Shown here: in pieces, positions 20,825-29,454 of the stretch
Layout: every line of letters begins with the position of its first letter
Numbering within the stretch: position 1 is the first letter of the stretch
DNA from: Candidatus Calditenuis sp.
Lineage (GTDB): Archaea > Thermoproteota > Nitrososphaeria_A > Caldarchaeales > Calditenuaceae
Length of the DNA: 32,000 bases
Direction: 5' to 3'
NCBI GenBank assembly: GCA_032249575.1
Contig: JAVVHL010000002.1
Coordinates: 7,318 to 39,317 of the forward strand
Position numbers and translations under genes: made by a program
Notes under the pieces: model-generated
What the model saw: only the letters and a program-made list of their open reading frames with translations
Told to the model about the DNA's origin: nothing
The model's database searches: none

Positions 20825-22199
20825 CGCCAGCCTCGCCGACCTTCAGGCCTGTCCTGCGCATCACCTCCCTGTAGACTTTCTCCGCGATCTCGACCGAGAG
20901 GCCCGTGTACTCGAGCGGGTCGGAAGGCATCACTTGATCCGGCCTCAGGCCGTACTTCCTGCAGAGCTCACCTACCGCGTCCCTCAGGCTCAAACCCGAC
21001 GAGAGCATCGACCTCAGCTCGTCGATCACGTCGAACCCGTGCCTCCTGAACCTCAGCTGCACCGCCTCTGCCAGCACCTCCTCGTGCCTCCTGAGGTCTT
21101 CCTCCATAGCCTTCGCGTCGAAGCTAGCCCTCCCCAGGAACCTCCTCAGCTGCCTGACGCCTATGAGGAGGTGCGCGATCCCTACGGCGACGTTCCTCCT
21201 CAAGGTCGAGTCGGAGAGGTCCCTTTGGAGGCGTGTGGTCTGAAGGCGGTTGGCGACGAAGCTCAGGAGGTTGGCGGCCAGCTCGAGGTTACCCTCGGCG
21301 TTCTCCGCCTCCACCGGGTTCTGCTTCTGGGGCATCGTCGAGGACCCCACCCTCGTCGGCCTCAGCTCCACGTATCCGAGCATCGAGAGCAGCCACAGGT
21401 CCCTCGCGAGGTCGGTGAGGGCCATCGAGAGGGAGGCGAGGTGGTGGAGGTAGATCGAGTACCTGTCGGCCGGCAGGACCTGCTTCGTCACCAGGACTGG
21501 TTCCAGGCCCAGAGACCTCAGGAACCTTTCGACGAACCCGAGGGTCCTCTCGCCGAGAAACTCCCTGAGGCCGGCGTAACTCCCTATCGCTCCGCTCAAC
21601 TTCCCCGGCATCCTGAACCCCCTCAACCTCTCGATCCACTCGAGCGTCCTCATCGCGTGGTAGGCGAGCTCCCTCCCCAGCGTCGTCGGGACCGCAGGCC
21701 TTCCGTGCGTCCTCGCCAGCATCGGCGTCGCCCTCTCCCTCCACGCCACCTCCGCCAGCTCAGCGCAGAACCCCTCGAGCTCTGGAACCAGCACACTCTC
21801 GTTCACCGCCTTCAGCGAGAGCGAGAAGGCAGTCGAGTTGACGTCCTCCGAGGTCAGCCCCGCGTGGACCCAGACCGATGACCTGAAGAAGCCTTTGGAC
21901 CTCAGCCTCGACTTCAGGAACCTGACGATCGCCTCCACGTCGTGCCCCACCTCTGCCTCGATCGACTTCACCTCCTCCGCCTCCTCAGGACCGAAGCCCT
22001 CGGTGAGTCCCCTGAGGTAAGTCAAGGCACCGGGCTCTAAATCGATGAACCCCTCCTCGGCGAGGGCCCTGAGGTACTCGACCTCCACGATGACCCTGTA
22101 CCTGATGTAACCGAACTCGGAGAGGTGGGGCCTGAGGTCCTCGACCAGGTCGGCGTACCTCCCGTCGACGGGCGAGAGCGCCAGGAGCCTCGAGGTCAG
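20796..22199 (-). CDS. purB: Adenylosuccinate lyase
   Basis: It has the N-terminal 'LSPVDGRY' and the fumarate-lyase signature 'GSSTMPQKQNP'. The ORF is open to ATG 22361 (521 aa), but that adds 54 Arg-rich codons lying inside purA. I place the start at the CTG at 22199-22197, which overlaps the purA TGA; see the findings. The end coordinate is firm and the start is uncertain. Confidence 0.85.
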   Translation of the reverse strand: MTSRLLALSPVDGRYADLVEDLRPHLSEFGYIRYRVIVEVEYLRALAEEGFIDLEPGALTYLRGLTEGFGPEEAEEVKSIEAEVGHDVEAIVRFLKSRLRSKGFFRSSVWVHAGLTSEDVNSTAFSLSLKAVNESVLVPELEGFCAELAEVAWRERATPMLARTHGRPAVPTTLGRELAYHAMRTLEWIERLRGFRMPGKLSGAIGSYAGLREFLGERTLGFVERFLRSLGLEPVLVTKQVLPADRYSIYLHHLASLSMALTDLARDLWLLSMLGYVELRPTRVGSSTMPQKQNPVEAENAEGNLELAANLLSFVANRLQTTRLQRDLSDSTLRRNVAVGIAHLLIGVRQLRRFLGRASFDAKAMEEDLRRHEEVLAEAVQLRFRRHGFDVIDELRSMLSSGLSLRDAVGELCRKYGLRPDQVMPSDPLEYTGLSVEIAEKVYREVMRRTGLKVGEAGGGGVEGEAA

Positions 22200-23443
22200 C
22201 GCTCCAACACCTCTTCTATCGCCGGCCCAATTCCGACGTGGGAGACGGGGACGCCCAGCTCGGACTCGACGAACTCGACGTACCTCCTCGCGTTGGGATG
22301 CAGAGCTCCGTAGCCTTCTTTCATCAACCTGGCCCGCTCGGCGTCGTCGATCCTCGGCCATCCCTCGAGCTCCACGTACCTGGGCCTCACGGACTCCAGG
22401 GCCTTCAGGTCCTCAGGGAAGCGCGCCGCGTTCTCATAGGAAACGCAGACCTTGACCTTCTCCAGGCCTGAGAGCGTGTCGATCCTCGTCATGAAGACCG
22501 AGTCGACGCCGTTCAGCTCGACCGCGTACCTCAGCTGCGGAATGTCGAGCCATCCTATCCTCCTCGGCCTGCCGGTGGTGGCGCCGTACTCTCCGCCCGC
22601 CGACCTGATGCGCTCAGCGACCTCTCCGTGCATCTCCGTCGGGAAAGGCCCGGAGCCGACGCGGGTCGTGTATGCCTTGGCGACTCCGACGACCTTCCCG
22701 AGGCTCCTGAAGGGGACGCCGCATCCGATCGCTGCGCTCGCTGAGGTCGTAAAGCTCGAGGTCACGTAGGGGTAGGTTCCGAAGAGGAGGTCGAGCATCG
22801 TGCCCTGCGCACCCTCGAAGACCACAAGACCTCCTGCGCCGAGGACGTCAGAGATCACCGGGCCGGTCTCAACGACCTTTACGCCTAACCCCTCGAACGA
22901 CTCCATCAGCTCCCTCGCCTCAGCTTCAGGTTCAGTGCCGTCGAGCCTCCAGAAGCCCTTCAGCTCCCTCAGCTTCGAGACGAGTGTGTCAGGCTCGAGC
23001 AGGTCCGCCACCCTGATCGCCAGCCGCGCAGCCCTCTCCACCGACGTGGGGCCTATCCCTCTCCTGGTGGTGCCTATGGCCCTGCTGCCCTTCAGGCCCT
23101 CGAGGAAGTCCTCCGCAGCCCTCGCCGACGGCCTTATCACCGAAGCCCTAGGGCTCAGGTAGACGTCGATCTCGCCCCTCACGCTTCTGACCTCCTCCAG
23201 CTCCTCGCGAAGGACCTTCAGGTCGACGAGGACTCCGGCGCAGATCGCGGCCGCACCGCACACCACGCCTCCGGCTGGGACGAGGTGCATCCTCAGGACC
23301 TTTCCACCGTAGAAGATTGTGTGGCCTGCGTTGGGCCCTCCGTTGAACCTTACAGCCAGCCTCGCACCCCTCGAGAAGTAGGCCGCTACCTTGCCCTTGC
23401 CTTCGTCGCCCCACTGAAGGCCTATCACTGTTATCGCTGGCAA
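22196..23443 (-). CDS. purA: Adenylosuccinate synthetase
   Basis: It carries 'GLQWGDEGKGK', 'GPNAGHT', 'GTTRRGIGP' and 'GATTGRPRRIGWLD'. Its TTG start lies 1 nt after the guaB stop. Confidence 0.95.
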   Translation of the reverse strand: MPAITVIGLQWGDEGKGKVAAYFSRGARLAVRFNGGPNAGHTIFYGGKVLRMHLVPAGGVVCGAAAICAGVLVDLKVLREELEEVRSVRGEIDVYLSPRASVIRPSARAAEDFLEGLKGSRAIGTTRRGIGPTSVERAARLAIRVADLLEPDTLVSKLRELKGFWRLDGTEPEAEARELMESFEGLGVKVVETGPVISDVLGAGGLVVFEGAQGTMLDLLFGTYPYVTSSFTTSASAAIGCGVPFRSLGKVVGVAKAYTTRVGSGPFPTEMHGEVAERIRSAGGEYGATTGRPRRIGWLDIPQLRYAVELNGVDSVFMTRIDTLSGLEKVKVCVSYENAARFPEDLKALESVRPRYVELEGWPRIDDAERARLMKEGYGALHPNARRYVEFVESELGVPVSHVGIGPAIEEVLER

Positions 23444-23444
23444 G

Positions 23445-24896
23445 TCAAGTCACTCTCTCGACGTCGTGGGGCAGGCTCTCCCTGTAACCTGCCTCGGTGA
23501 TCCTCACGAAGACGGCCCTCTCCCTCAGCTCCTTGATGGTCCTGGCTCCGAGGTAGCTCATTCCTGACCTGAGGCCTGCGACGAGCTGCGCCAGGACCTC
23601 TGCGGCCGATCCCCTGTAGTCCACGTAAGCCTCGACCCCCTCGGCCATGTACGAGTAGTCGGCCACATCGTCGAGGTCCACCTCTCCCTTCTCCCTCGCC
23701 TCCCTTCCTAGCATCGCGTAGAACGAAGCCATTCCCCTGTAGACCTTGCTCTTCTTCCCGTTCCTGACCACCACGGCTCCAGGGCTCTCGTCGGTCCCTG
23801 CGAGGAGCATCCCTATCATCACGGTCGATGCTCCTGCGGCGAGGGCCTTCACCAAGTCAGCGGAGCTCCTGATCCCTCCGTCTGCTATCATCGGCACACC
23901 TGTCCTCTCGGAGACCTCGGCGCAGTTCATGATCGCTGTCAGCTGTGGAACGCCCACACCGGCTACGATCCTCGTGGTGCAGACGGCTCCCGGCCCTATG
24001 CCCACCTTGACCGCGTCGGCGTAGGCGGCCAGGTCCTCGAAGCCCTCGGGCGTAGCGACGTTCCCTGCCACCAGCTGCACCTCGTCGCCGAATTCCTTCC
24101 TCAGCCTCTTCAGGACGTTGAGCACCATCTCTGTGTGGCCGTGGGCGACGTCGATAACGATCGCGTCAACCTCGGCCTCCAGCAGCGCCTTCGCCCTCTC
24201 GAAGTAGTCGCCCTTCACGCCTATCGCCGCTGCCACCCTCATCCTCCCCTTCGCGTCCCTCGTCGAGTGAGGGTAGAGCCCCCTCGACTGGATGTCCTTG
24301 GCCGTTATCAGGCCCCTCAGCCTCCAGTCGTCGTCGACGATCGGGATCTTCTCTATGCGGTAAGTCCTGATCAGCTCTATGGCCTCCTCTTGAGTTATCC
24401 CGGGCCTCGCCGTGATCAGCTCGTGCCTCGGCGTCATCACCTCCCTCACGGGCCGCTCGTCAGGCTCGAAGAGTAGGTCCCGCCTCGTCACGATCCCCCA
24501 TACCTTCCTCTCCCTGTCCACCACGACGAGCCCTGAGACGCCGTGCCTCAGCATCTCCCTCCGCGCCTCACCGACCGTCGCATCGAGCGGTATCGTGTAC
24601 GGGTCCTCGATCAGGACCCCCTCGGCCCTCTTCACCTTCTGGACCTCCCTGACCTGCTGCTCGATCGGCATGAACCTGTGGATCACGCCTATCCCTCCCT
24701 CCCTCGCCATCGCTATCGCCATCCTGCTCTCGGTGACCGTGTCCATCGCGGCCGAGACGATCGGTATATGCAGCTCTATCTTCCTCGTGAAGAGCGACTT
24801 CGTCGAGACCTCCTTTCTGGACCTGATGTCGGAGTACCTCGGCACCAGAAGCACGTCGTCGAAGGTCAGGGCCAGCTCCTCAACGAAACGGCCCAA
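23445..24896 (-). CDS. guaB: IMP dehydrogenase (with CBS pair)
   Basis: It carries 'ALTFDDVLLVPRYS', a tandem CBS region and the catalytic loop 'VGIGPGAVCTTR'. 'ADGGIRSSADLVKALAAGA' and 'YRGMAS' are also present. The start is TTG 24896. Confidence 0.95.
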   Translation of the reverse strand: MGRFVEELALTFDDVLLVPRYSDIRSRKEVSTKSLFTRKIELHIPIVSAAMDTVTESRMAIAMAREGGIGVIHRFMPIEQQVREVQKVKRAEGVLIEDPYTIPLDATVGEARREMLRHGVSGLVVVDRERKVWGIVTRRDLLFEPDERPVREVMTPRHELITARPGITQEEAIELIRTYRIEKIPIVDDDWRLRGLITAKDIQSRGLYPHSTRDAKGRMRVAAAIGVKGDYFERAKALLEAEVDAIVIDVAHGHTEMVLNVLKRLRKEFGDEVQLVAGNVATPEGFEDLAAYADAVKVGIGPGAVCTTRIVAGVGVPQLTAIMNCAEVSERTGVPMIADGGIRSSADLVKALAAGASTVMIGMLLAGTDESPGAVVVRNGKKSKVYRGMASFYAMLGREAREKGEVDLDDVADYSYMAEGVEAYVDYRGSAAEVLAQLVAGLRSGMSYLGARTIKELRERAVFVRITEAGYRESLPHDVERVT

Positions 24897-24925
24897 CCGA
24901 TCCCACCGCTAATTCGAGGTCCTCA

Positions 24926-24935
24926 GCAAAAAACG
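24926..24935 (-). promoter_or_regulatory. T6-containing TATA-like box (minus-strand reading CGTTTTTTGC) upstream of guaB
   Basis: It lies 30-39 nt upstream of TTG 24896 and is the only strong A/T block near the operon's 5' end. It could also act as a second oligo-T terminator for DoxX. Confidence 0.3.
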
Positions 24936-24983
24936 TGTGCCCGGGAACGGGCCGGCCGGTTATGAGAAGTTGACGCAGAGCAG

Positions 24984-24988
24984 AAAAA
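24984..24988 (-). terminator. Oligo-T (T5) tract 25 nt downstream of the DoxX stop
   Basis: The minus strand reads GCGTTTTTCTGC. Archaeal RNA polymerase terminates at oligo-T tracts. This is the first such tract after the stop codon at 25015-25013. Confidence 0.25.
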
Positions 24989-25012
24989 CGCATGAGGGTA
25001 ACGGGACGGCCC

Positions 25013-25492
25013 TCAGAAGATCCGGAGGAGGGCGTCGACCGAGAAGGAGCCTGGTCCGAGGAGCAGCAAGAGCAACGCAACGCCGAGTATCAGCAGGTCG
25101 AACTCCCAGCCTCCAACACCTGCCATGAACCCCCTCATGAACCTCCTCGAGTTGGAGACCATCTGGTGCAGCACCTCAGGCGGCGGAACCATCGTCCCGA
25201 GCTTGCCCAGATAGAGCGCTATTGTTCCGATCATCTCGAGCAGGAAGAGGAGCGAGACGATCCTGGTCATCAGCCCCAGTATGAGGAAGATGCCGCCTAG
25301 GAACTCGAGGACTCCCACGAGGTCGAAGAGTACCGGATGTATCCCTAACTGGGACATGCCTCCCCTCATCATCGGCCTCGCCGGACCGAAGAGCTTCGGC
25401 GCTCCGTGTACCACCATGATGAAGCCCAGAATCAACCTCACCAGCAGTAGCCCAGCGTCGCCGTAAGAGCTCAGGAAGCCGAGTTGGAGCAT
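25013..25492 (-). CDS. DoxX family membrane protein
   Basis: It has four hydrophobic segments and the motif 'LILGFIMVVHGAPKLFG' typical of DoxX. I prefer ATG 25492 ('MLQLGFLSS...') over TTG 25510. Confidence 0.8.
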   Translation of the reverse strand: MLQLGFLSSYGDAGLLLVRLILGFIMVVHGAPKLFGPARPMMRGGMSQLGIHPVLFDLVGVLEFLGGIFLILGLMTRIVSLLFLLEMIGTIALYLGKLGTMVPPPEVLHQMVSNSRRFMRGFMAGVGGWEFDLLILGVALLLLLLGPGSFSVDALLRIF

Positions 25493-25506
25493 GCTGTTTT
25501 CACCTC

Positions 25507-25519
25507 GCAACCAGATTGC
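25507..25519. promoter_or_regulatory. Inverted repeat GCAA-N5-TTGC in the DoxX/HxlR divergent spacer (weak operator candidate)
   Basis: I read it directly from the sequence. The half-sites are only 4 bp, so this could easily be chance. Confidence 0.15.
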
Positions 25520-25528
25520 AAAACGCTA

Positions 25529-25538
25529 CTTTTTTAAC
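25529..25538 (+). promoter_or_regulatory. TATA-like box CTTTTTTAAC for the HxlR-family gene
   Basis: It is centred about 30 nt upstream of ATG 25564 and supports that ATG as a leaderless start. Confidence 0.4.
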
Positions 25539-25563
25539 TGGGAAGTGGCATCCGCGGTACCGG

Positions 25564-25956
25564 ATGACGACGGAGCCTGTCGAGGAAGAGTATGGGAATT
25601 GGTGCCCTGTGGTGGCGGCGTCGAAGGTCCTCTCGAGCGTATGGGCGATCGTCGTGATCTATTACCTGATGGACGGGCCGAAGGGCTTCAACGAGCTCCT
25701 GAGGGCCATACCGGGCATGAACTCGAAGACCCTCTCGAGGACCCTGAAGTCGCTCGTGTCGAAGGGGCTTGTGGTGAGGGAGGTAGTGAGCGTCCAGCCC
25801 TTCGCTGTGCATTACAGGCTCACACCGATGGGCGAGGAGCTGGTGCCTGTCCTCAACGCTTTGCGGGAATGGGGCGAGAAGTGGGCGCGTCCAGGAACAA
25901 CACAAGGAGGGACTCAGATCCCCACCGTCAGGGACAACAGGGGAAAGTCACAATAA
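25564..25956 (+). CDS. HxlR family winged-helix transcriptional regulator
   Basis: 'CPVVAASKVLSSVWAIVVIYYLMDGPKGFNELLRAIPGMNSKTLSRTLKSLVSKGLVVRE...YRLTPMGEEL' matches the HxlR pattern (CP...G.KW...L..G..RF.EL...IPGIS.K.L...L..LE..GLV.R). The ORF is open from TTG 25516, but I prefer ATG 25564. Confidence 0.85.
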   Translation: MTTEPVEEEYGNWCPVVAASKVLSSVWAIVVIYYLMDGPKGFNELLRAIPGMNSKTLSRTLKSLVSKGLVVREVVSVQPFAVHYRLTPMGEELVPVLNALREWGEKWARPGTTQGGTQIPTVRDNRGKSQ

Positions 25957-25981
25957 ACGGAGCGAGGAGCACAGAGGCCGA

Positions 25982-26932
25982 GTGGGGGCCTTGGGCAACG
26001 AGGGATATGCGGTCGTCGCCGAAGATCTAGTCAAAGTCTACGGGAATCGCGTTAGGGCCCTGGACGGCGTATCGCTTCAGGTGAGGAGGGGCGAGGTCTT
26101 CGCGCTGCTCGGTCCGAACGGCGCCGGCAAGACCACCCTCGTCGAGATCTTCCTAACCCTCAGGAGGCCCACTTCGGGCAGGGCGTACGTTCTGGGCGAG
26201 GACGTCCTCGACAAAAAGGGGCGATCGGTCGTCAGGGAAAGGGTTGGGGCGATCCTGCAGGAGTCCGAGTCCTTCGAGCTCCTGACCGTAAGGGAGACGC
26301 TCAAGTTCTACGGAAGGATCTATGGCGCCGACGCCGAAAGGGCTGAAGAGCTCATCGAGCTGCTCGACCTGAGAGATCACGCTGACAGGCTCTACGGCAA
26401 GCTCTCCGGAGGTCTGAGGAGGAGGGTCCTTCTGGCGGCAGCGCTGATCAACGACCCCGAGCTGGTCTTCCTCGACGAGCCGACGACGGGCCTCGACCCC
26501 GCATCGAGGAGGGAGGTCTGGGGCCTCCTGAGGAGGATGAGAAAGGAAGGCGTCACCGTCTTCCTGACGACGCACTACATGGAGGAGGCGGAGGCGCTCT
26601 CCGACAGGGTCGGGATCATCGTCAACGGAAAGATTGTGGCCGTCGGGTCTCCGAGGGAGCTGGCGGAGAGGTACGGCGGTGCGAAGACCGTGAGGGTCTC
26701 AGGTTTGAGGCCTGAAGTGGCCGAGGAGTTGCAGAGGGAGCTGGGCGAGGCGAGAGTCGACGGTGACGAACTGGTCTGGACTGCCTCCGACCGCTCGGAG
26801 GTGAATAAGATAGTCCAGAAAGTCATAGCGGCCTCTCCGGAGGCGATGGTTTCCGTGAGGAATCCTGGCCTCGAGGAGGTCTTCCTGAGACTCACAGGCC
26901 GAAGGATAACGGAGGAGGGTGGGATCGCTTGA
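25982..26932 (+). CDS. ABC transporter ATP-binding protein (ABC-2/DrrA-like)
   Basis: Walker A is 'GPNGAGKTT', the signature motif is 'LSGGLRRR', Walker B is 'LVFLDEPTTGLD' and the H-loop is 'TTHYMEEA'. The start is GTG, with GAGGAG 10 nt upstream. Confidence 0.9.
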   Translation: MGALGNEGYAVVAEDLVKVYGNRVRALDGVSLQVRRGEVFALLGPNGAGKTTLVEIFLTLRRPTSGRAYVLGEDVLDKKGRSVVRERVGAILQESESFELLTVRETLKFYGRIYGADAERAEELIELLDLRDHADRLYGKLSGGLRRRVLLAAALINDPELVFLDEPTTGLDPASRREVWGLLRRMRKEGVTVFLTTHYMEEAEALSDRVGIIVNGKIVAVGSPRELAERYGGAKTVRVSGLRPEVAEELQRELGEARVDGDELVWTASDRSEVNKIVQKVIAASPEAMVSVRNPGLEEVFLRLTGRRITEEGGIA

Positions 26933-28179
26933 GGAGGGCGCTCGCCTTCTCTTCTGTTGTAGCCCGCAGTTGGATGAGGAGCAAATCGGCCCTGTTCTGG
27001 ACGACGGTCTTCCCTCTGATGTTGCTGCTGATCTTCGGTGCGGTCTTCGGAGAAACGAGGGCCCAGACCTACCCGTTGCTCGTGGTGAACGAAGACCTCT
27101 ACCCCTCGGGGCCACCGACCAAGCTCTCATGGATCTTCATCAATGCCCTCAACTCGACAGGCGTCATCGAGGTCCACCAAGTCGATCCGGGGCAAAACCT
27201 CGAAGAGGCCATGAGGTCGAAGGGGATCTACAGGGCCCTCGTGATCCACAGGGGCTTCGAGGAGGAGCTGACGAAGGTCTCTGTGGCGGGAAGGGTGGAC
27301 GTCATGGTGTCTACGTTGGAGTACGTCCTCGCCAACTTCGGCAACGTAACCTCTCCTGAAAACAGGTCGCAGATGGAATCGGGCCTCTCGGCCCTCAAGG
27401 CCTTCAGGGCGAACCTCAGCTCCGGCACCGTCGAGGTAACCTACGTCAGGGATCCCAACGACAGGGCCTCATCGGCCGTCGAGGGCGTCATCAGGTCGTT
27501 CCTTGCAGCCTTCAACCTGAGGCTCCTCGGAGCCAACGAGTCGGTGACGGTCAGCCCAGCAGACCTCGGCTTCAGGAGGACCAGGCCCATAGACTACTAC
27601 CTTCCTGGCATCCTGATGGCCTTCGTCATGACGAACGGCGTCCTAGGCGTGGCCCCTCCCCTTGCCGAGATGCGGAAGTCCAGGCAACTCAAGAGGCTCG
27701 CGGTAACGCCCCTCAAGCTCTCGGAGCTCCTGACCGGTTTCATGCTGGTCCAGGTGCTGATGTCCTCGGTCCTCGCGGTCCTGCTCGTCGCTGTCGGATG
27801 GGCCGTCTTCAGGCCGTCCTTCACGCTCAATCCCTATGCGTTGGCGTTGACCGTCGTCGCCTCGCTCTTCTTCACCTCCCTCGGACTGCTGATAGGCTCG
27901 GCGCTGAAGGAGTTGGAGGCGGTCGTTGCTGCGAGCAACGTCATCGTCTTCCCGATGATGTTCCTCTCCGGTGCCTTCTGGCCCCTCGAGTTCGCACCCC
28001 CAATCATGCGGACGATCGCAGGCTTCACGCCCCTGTACTACTTCGCCGAGGGTCTTCGCTCCGTAGGCGTCTACGGCGAGCTGGGCCCGTCGCTTACCGC
28101 CTTCGCGATCGGTTTGGTCGCGTCTCCTGTCCTCCTCTTCATCGGATCGTCGCTATTGGGGAGGGAGCTGGCTGAGTGA
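26929..28179 (+). CDS. ABC-2 type transporter permease with a large extracytoplasmic loop
   Basis: Its TTG start overlaps the ATPase TGA as TTGA at 26929-26932. It has an N-terminal TM helix ('LFWTTVFPLMLLLIFGAVF'), an ~190-aa non-hydrophobic region and then five C-terminal TM helices. Confidence 0.8.
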   Translation: MRRALAFSSVVARSWMRSKSALFWTTVFPLMLLLIFGAVFGETRAQTYPLLVVNEDLYPSGPPTKLSWIFINALNSTGVIEVHQVDPGQNLEEAMRSKGIYRALVIHRGFEEELTKVSVAGRVDVMVSTLEYVLANFGNVTSPENRSQMESGLSALKAFRANLSSGTVEVTYVRDPNDRASSAVEGVIRSFLAAFNLRLLGANESVTVSPADLGFRRTRPIDYYLPGILMAFVMTNGVLGVAPPLAEMRKSRQLKRLAVTPLKLSELLTGFMLVQVLMSSVLAVLLVAVGWAVFRPSFTLNPYALALTVVASLFFTSLGLLIGSALKELEAVVAASNVIVFPMMFLSGAFWPLEFAPPIMRTIAGFTPLYYFAEGLRSVGVYGELGPSLTAFAIGLVASPVLLFIGSSLLGRELAE

Positions 28180-28189
28180 CGAACTGCCG

Positions 28190-28205
28190 GTGATAGGCTT
28201 TTTAC
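28190..28205 (+). promoter_or_regulatory. BRE/TATA-like box GTGATAGGCTTTTTAC upstream of the aminotransferase gene
   Basis: It is centred about 27 nt upstream of ATG 28229, which favours that ATG over GTG 28190. Confidence 0.35.
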
Positions 28206-28228
28206 GGCAACGCGTGAAGCCGGGGCAG

Positions 28229-29425
28229 ATGGTCAGGCTGATCAGGTTCTTCGCGCCCCGCGGCATCAAAGTCTCGAGGGCAAAAGGGCAGTACGTCTGG
28301 GACTCGGAGGGGAGGAGGTACCTCGACTTCCACACCGGAAACGGAGCGGCGCTCCTCGGCCATCTGAACCCCTACGTGATGAGGAGGCTGAAGGAGCAGA
28401 TGGAGAGGGTAACGGTCCTTCCGCCGCTTTACGACAGCGAAGTCCTCGAAGAGGCCCTCTCTGCCCTCGGAAGGATACTCCCGCCACACCTCGGCAACGT
28501 CTTCTTCCAGAACTCCGGAAGCGAGGCGGTGGAGCTGGCCCTCAAGCTCGCACGTAAGAGGACGAGGAGGAGGAAGGCGGTCGCCTTCACCGGGTCCTTC
28601 CACGGCCGGACCTTCGGCGCCCTCTCTGTGACCTTCAACAGGACGTACCGCGAGGGCTACGATCCCTTTCCCTTCGAGGTGGAGTTCCTGCCCTTCAACT
28701 CGCTCGAGGACCTGCGCAGGATCGGAGAGGACGTGGCCGCTGCGATCGTCGAACCGGTTCAGGGAGAGGGAGGACTGACGCCTGCGACCGACGAGTTCCT
28801 GAGAGAGTTGGAGAGGAGGTGCAGGGAGGTGGGAGCTTACCTGATCGTCGACGAGGTCCAGTCGGGATTCGGCAGGACGGGTCTGATCTGGGACCACTTG
28901 AGGGCTAACGTGAGGCCTGACGTCTTGGTCGCAGGCAAGTCAATTGGAGGAGGGTTCCCCGTTAGCCTCGTCGCGGTCGACGATGAGATTGCCTCAAAGG
29001 TCGAGGAGGGAGAGCACGGCTCCACCCACGGCGGGAACCCCCTCGCCCTCGCGGCGGTCACCGGAGGCGTCGAGGCCCTCATTTCCGAGGACGTCCCCTC
29101 AAAGGCCCATGCGGCCTCCGAGCTGCTCTTCGCAGGTTTACGGGAGGTGGCGGCCGAGAACGCGGAGCTCGTCAGGTCCGTGAAGGGAAAGGGGCTTATG
29201 TTGGGACTGGAGCTGCGATTCAACCCGTCCCAGGCGATAAAGGACCTCCAGTCGAAGGGGCTTCTGTCTCTGAAGGCGGGGACGACCGTGCTGAGGTTCC
29301 TTCCGCCCTACATGATAACGCAAGAGGACATCGAGTGGGCCGTCGCCAGGGTCTCCGAATCGCTCTCCGCCCTCAAGGCCTCGAGGGCCTCCGGACGCCA
29401 GACGCCTGCCCAGAGCCCGCTATGA
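28229..29425 (+). CDS. argD: Class III PLP aminotransferase, acetylornithine / LysW-linked (ArgD/LysJ-type)
   Basis: It carries 'AKGQYVWDSEGRRYLDF', 'FFQNSGSEAVE' and 'DEVQSGFGRTG', with the PLP Lys in 'LVAGKSIGGGFP', plus 'THGGNPLA'. The ORF is open from GTG 28190. Confidence 0.9.
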   Translation: MVRLIRFFAPRGIKVSRAKGQYVWDSEGRRYLDFHTGNGAALLGHLNPYVMRRLKEQMERVTVLPPLYDSEVLEEALSALGRILPPHLGNVFFQNSGSEAVELALKLARKRTRRRKAVAFTGSFHGRTFGALSVTFNRTYREGYDPFPFEVEFLPFNSLEDLRRIGEDVAAAIVEPVQGEGGLTPATDEFLRELERRCREVGAYLIVDEVQSGFGRTGLIWDHLRANVRPDVLVAGKSIGGGFPVSLVAVDDEIASKVEEGEHGSTHGGNPLALAAVTGGVEALISEDVPSKAHAASELLFAGLREVAAENAELVRSVKGKGLMLGLELRFNPSQAIKDLQSKGLLSLKAGTTVLRFLPPYMITQEDIEWAVARVSESLSALKASRASGRQTPAQSPL

Positions 29426-29454
29426 CCTACGCATCATCCCAGGGAAAGCCCGCT

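Noticed and set aside
22200-22361. ATG 22361 as the true purB start, giving a 54-aa Arg-rich N-terminal extension encoded inside purA.
   Set aside because: The extension is low-complexity, unlike any PurB N-terminus I know, and would require a 166-nt same-strand overlap. I kept it as an alternative in the finding because it is the only canonical start codon available.
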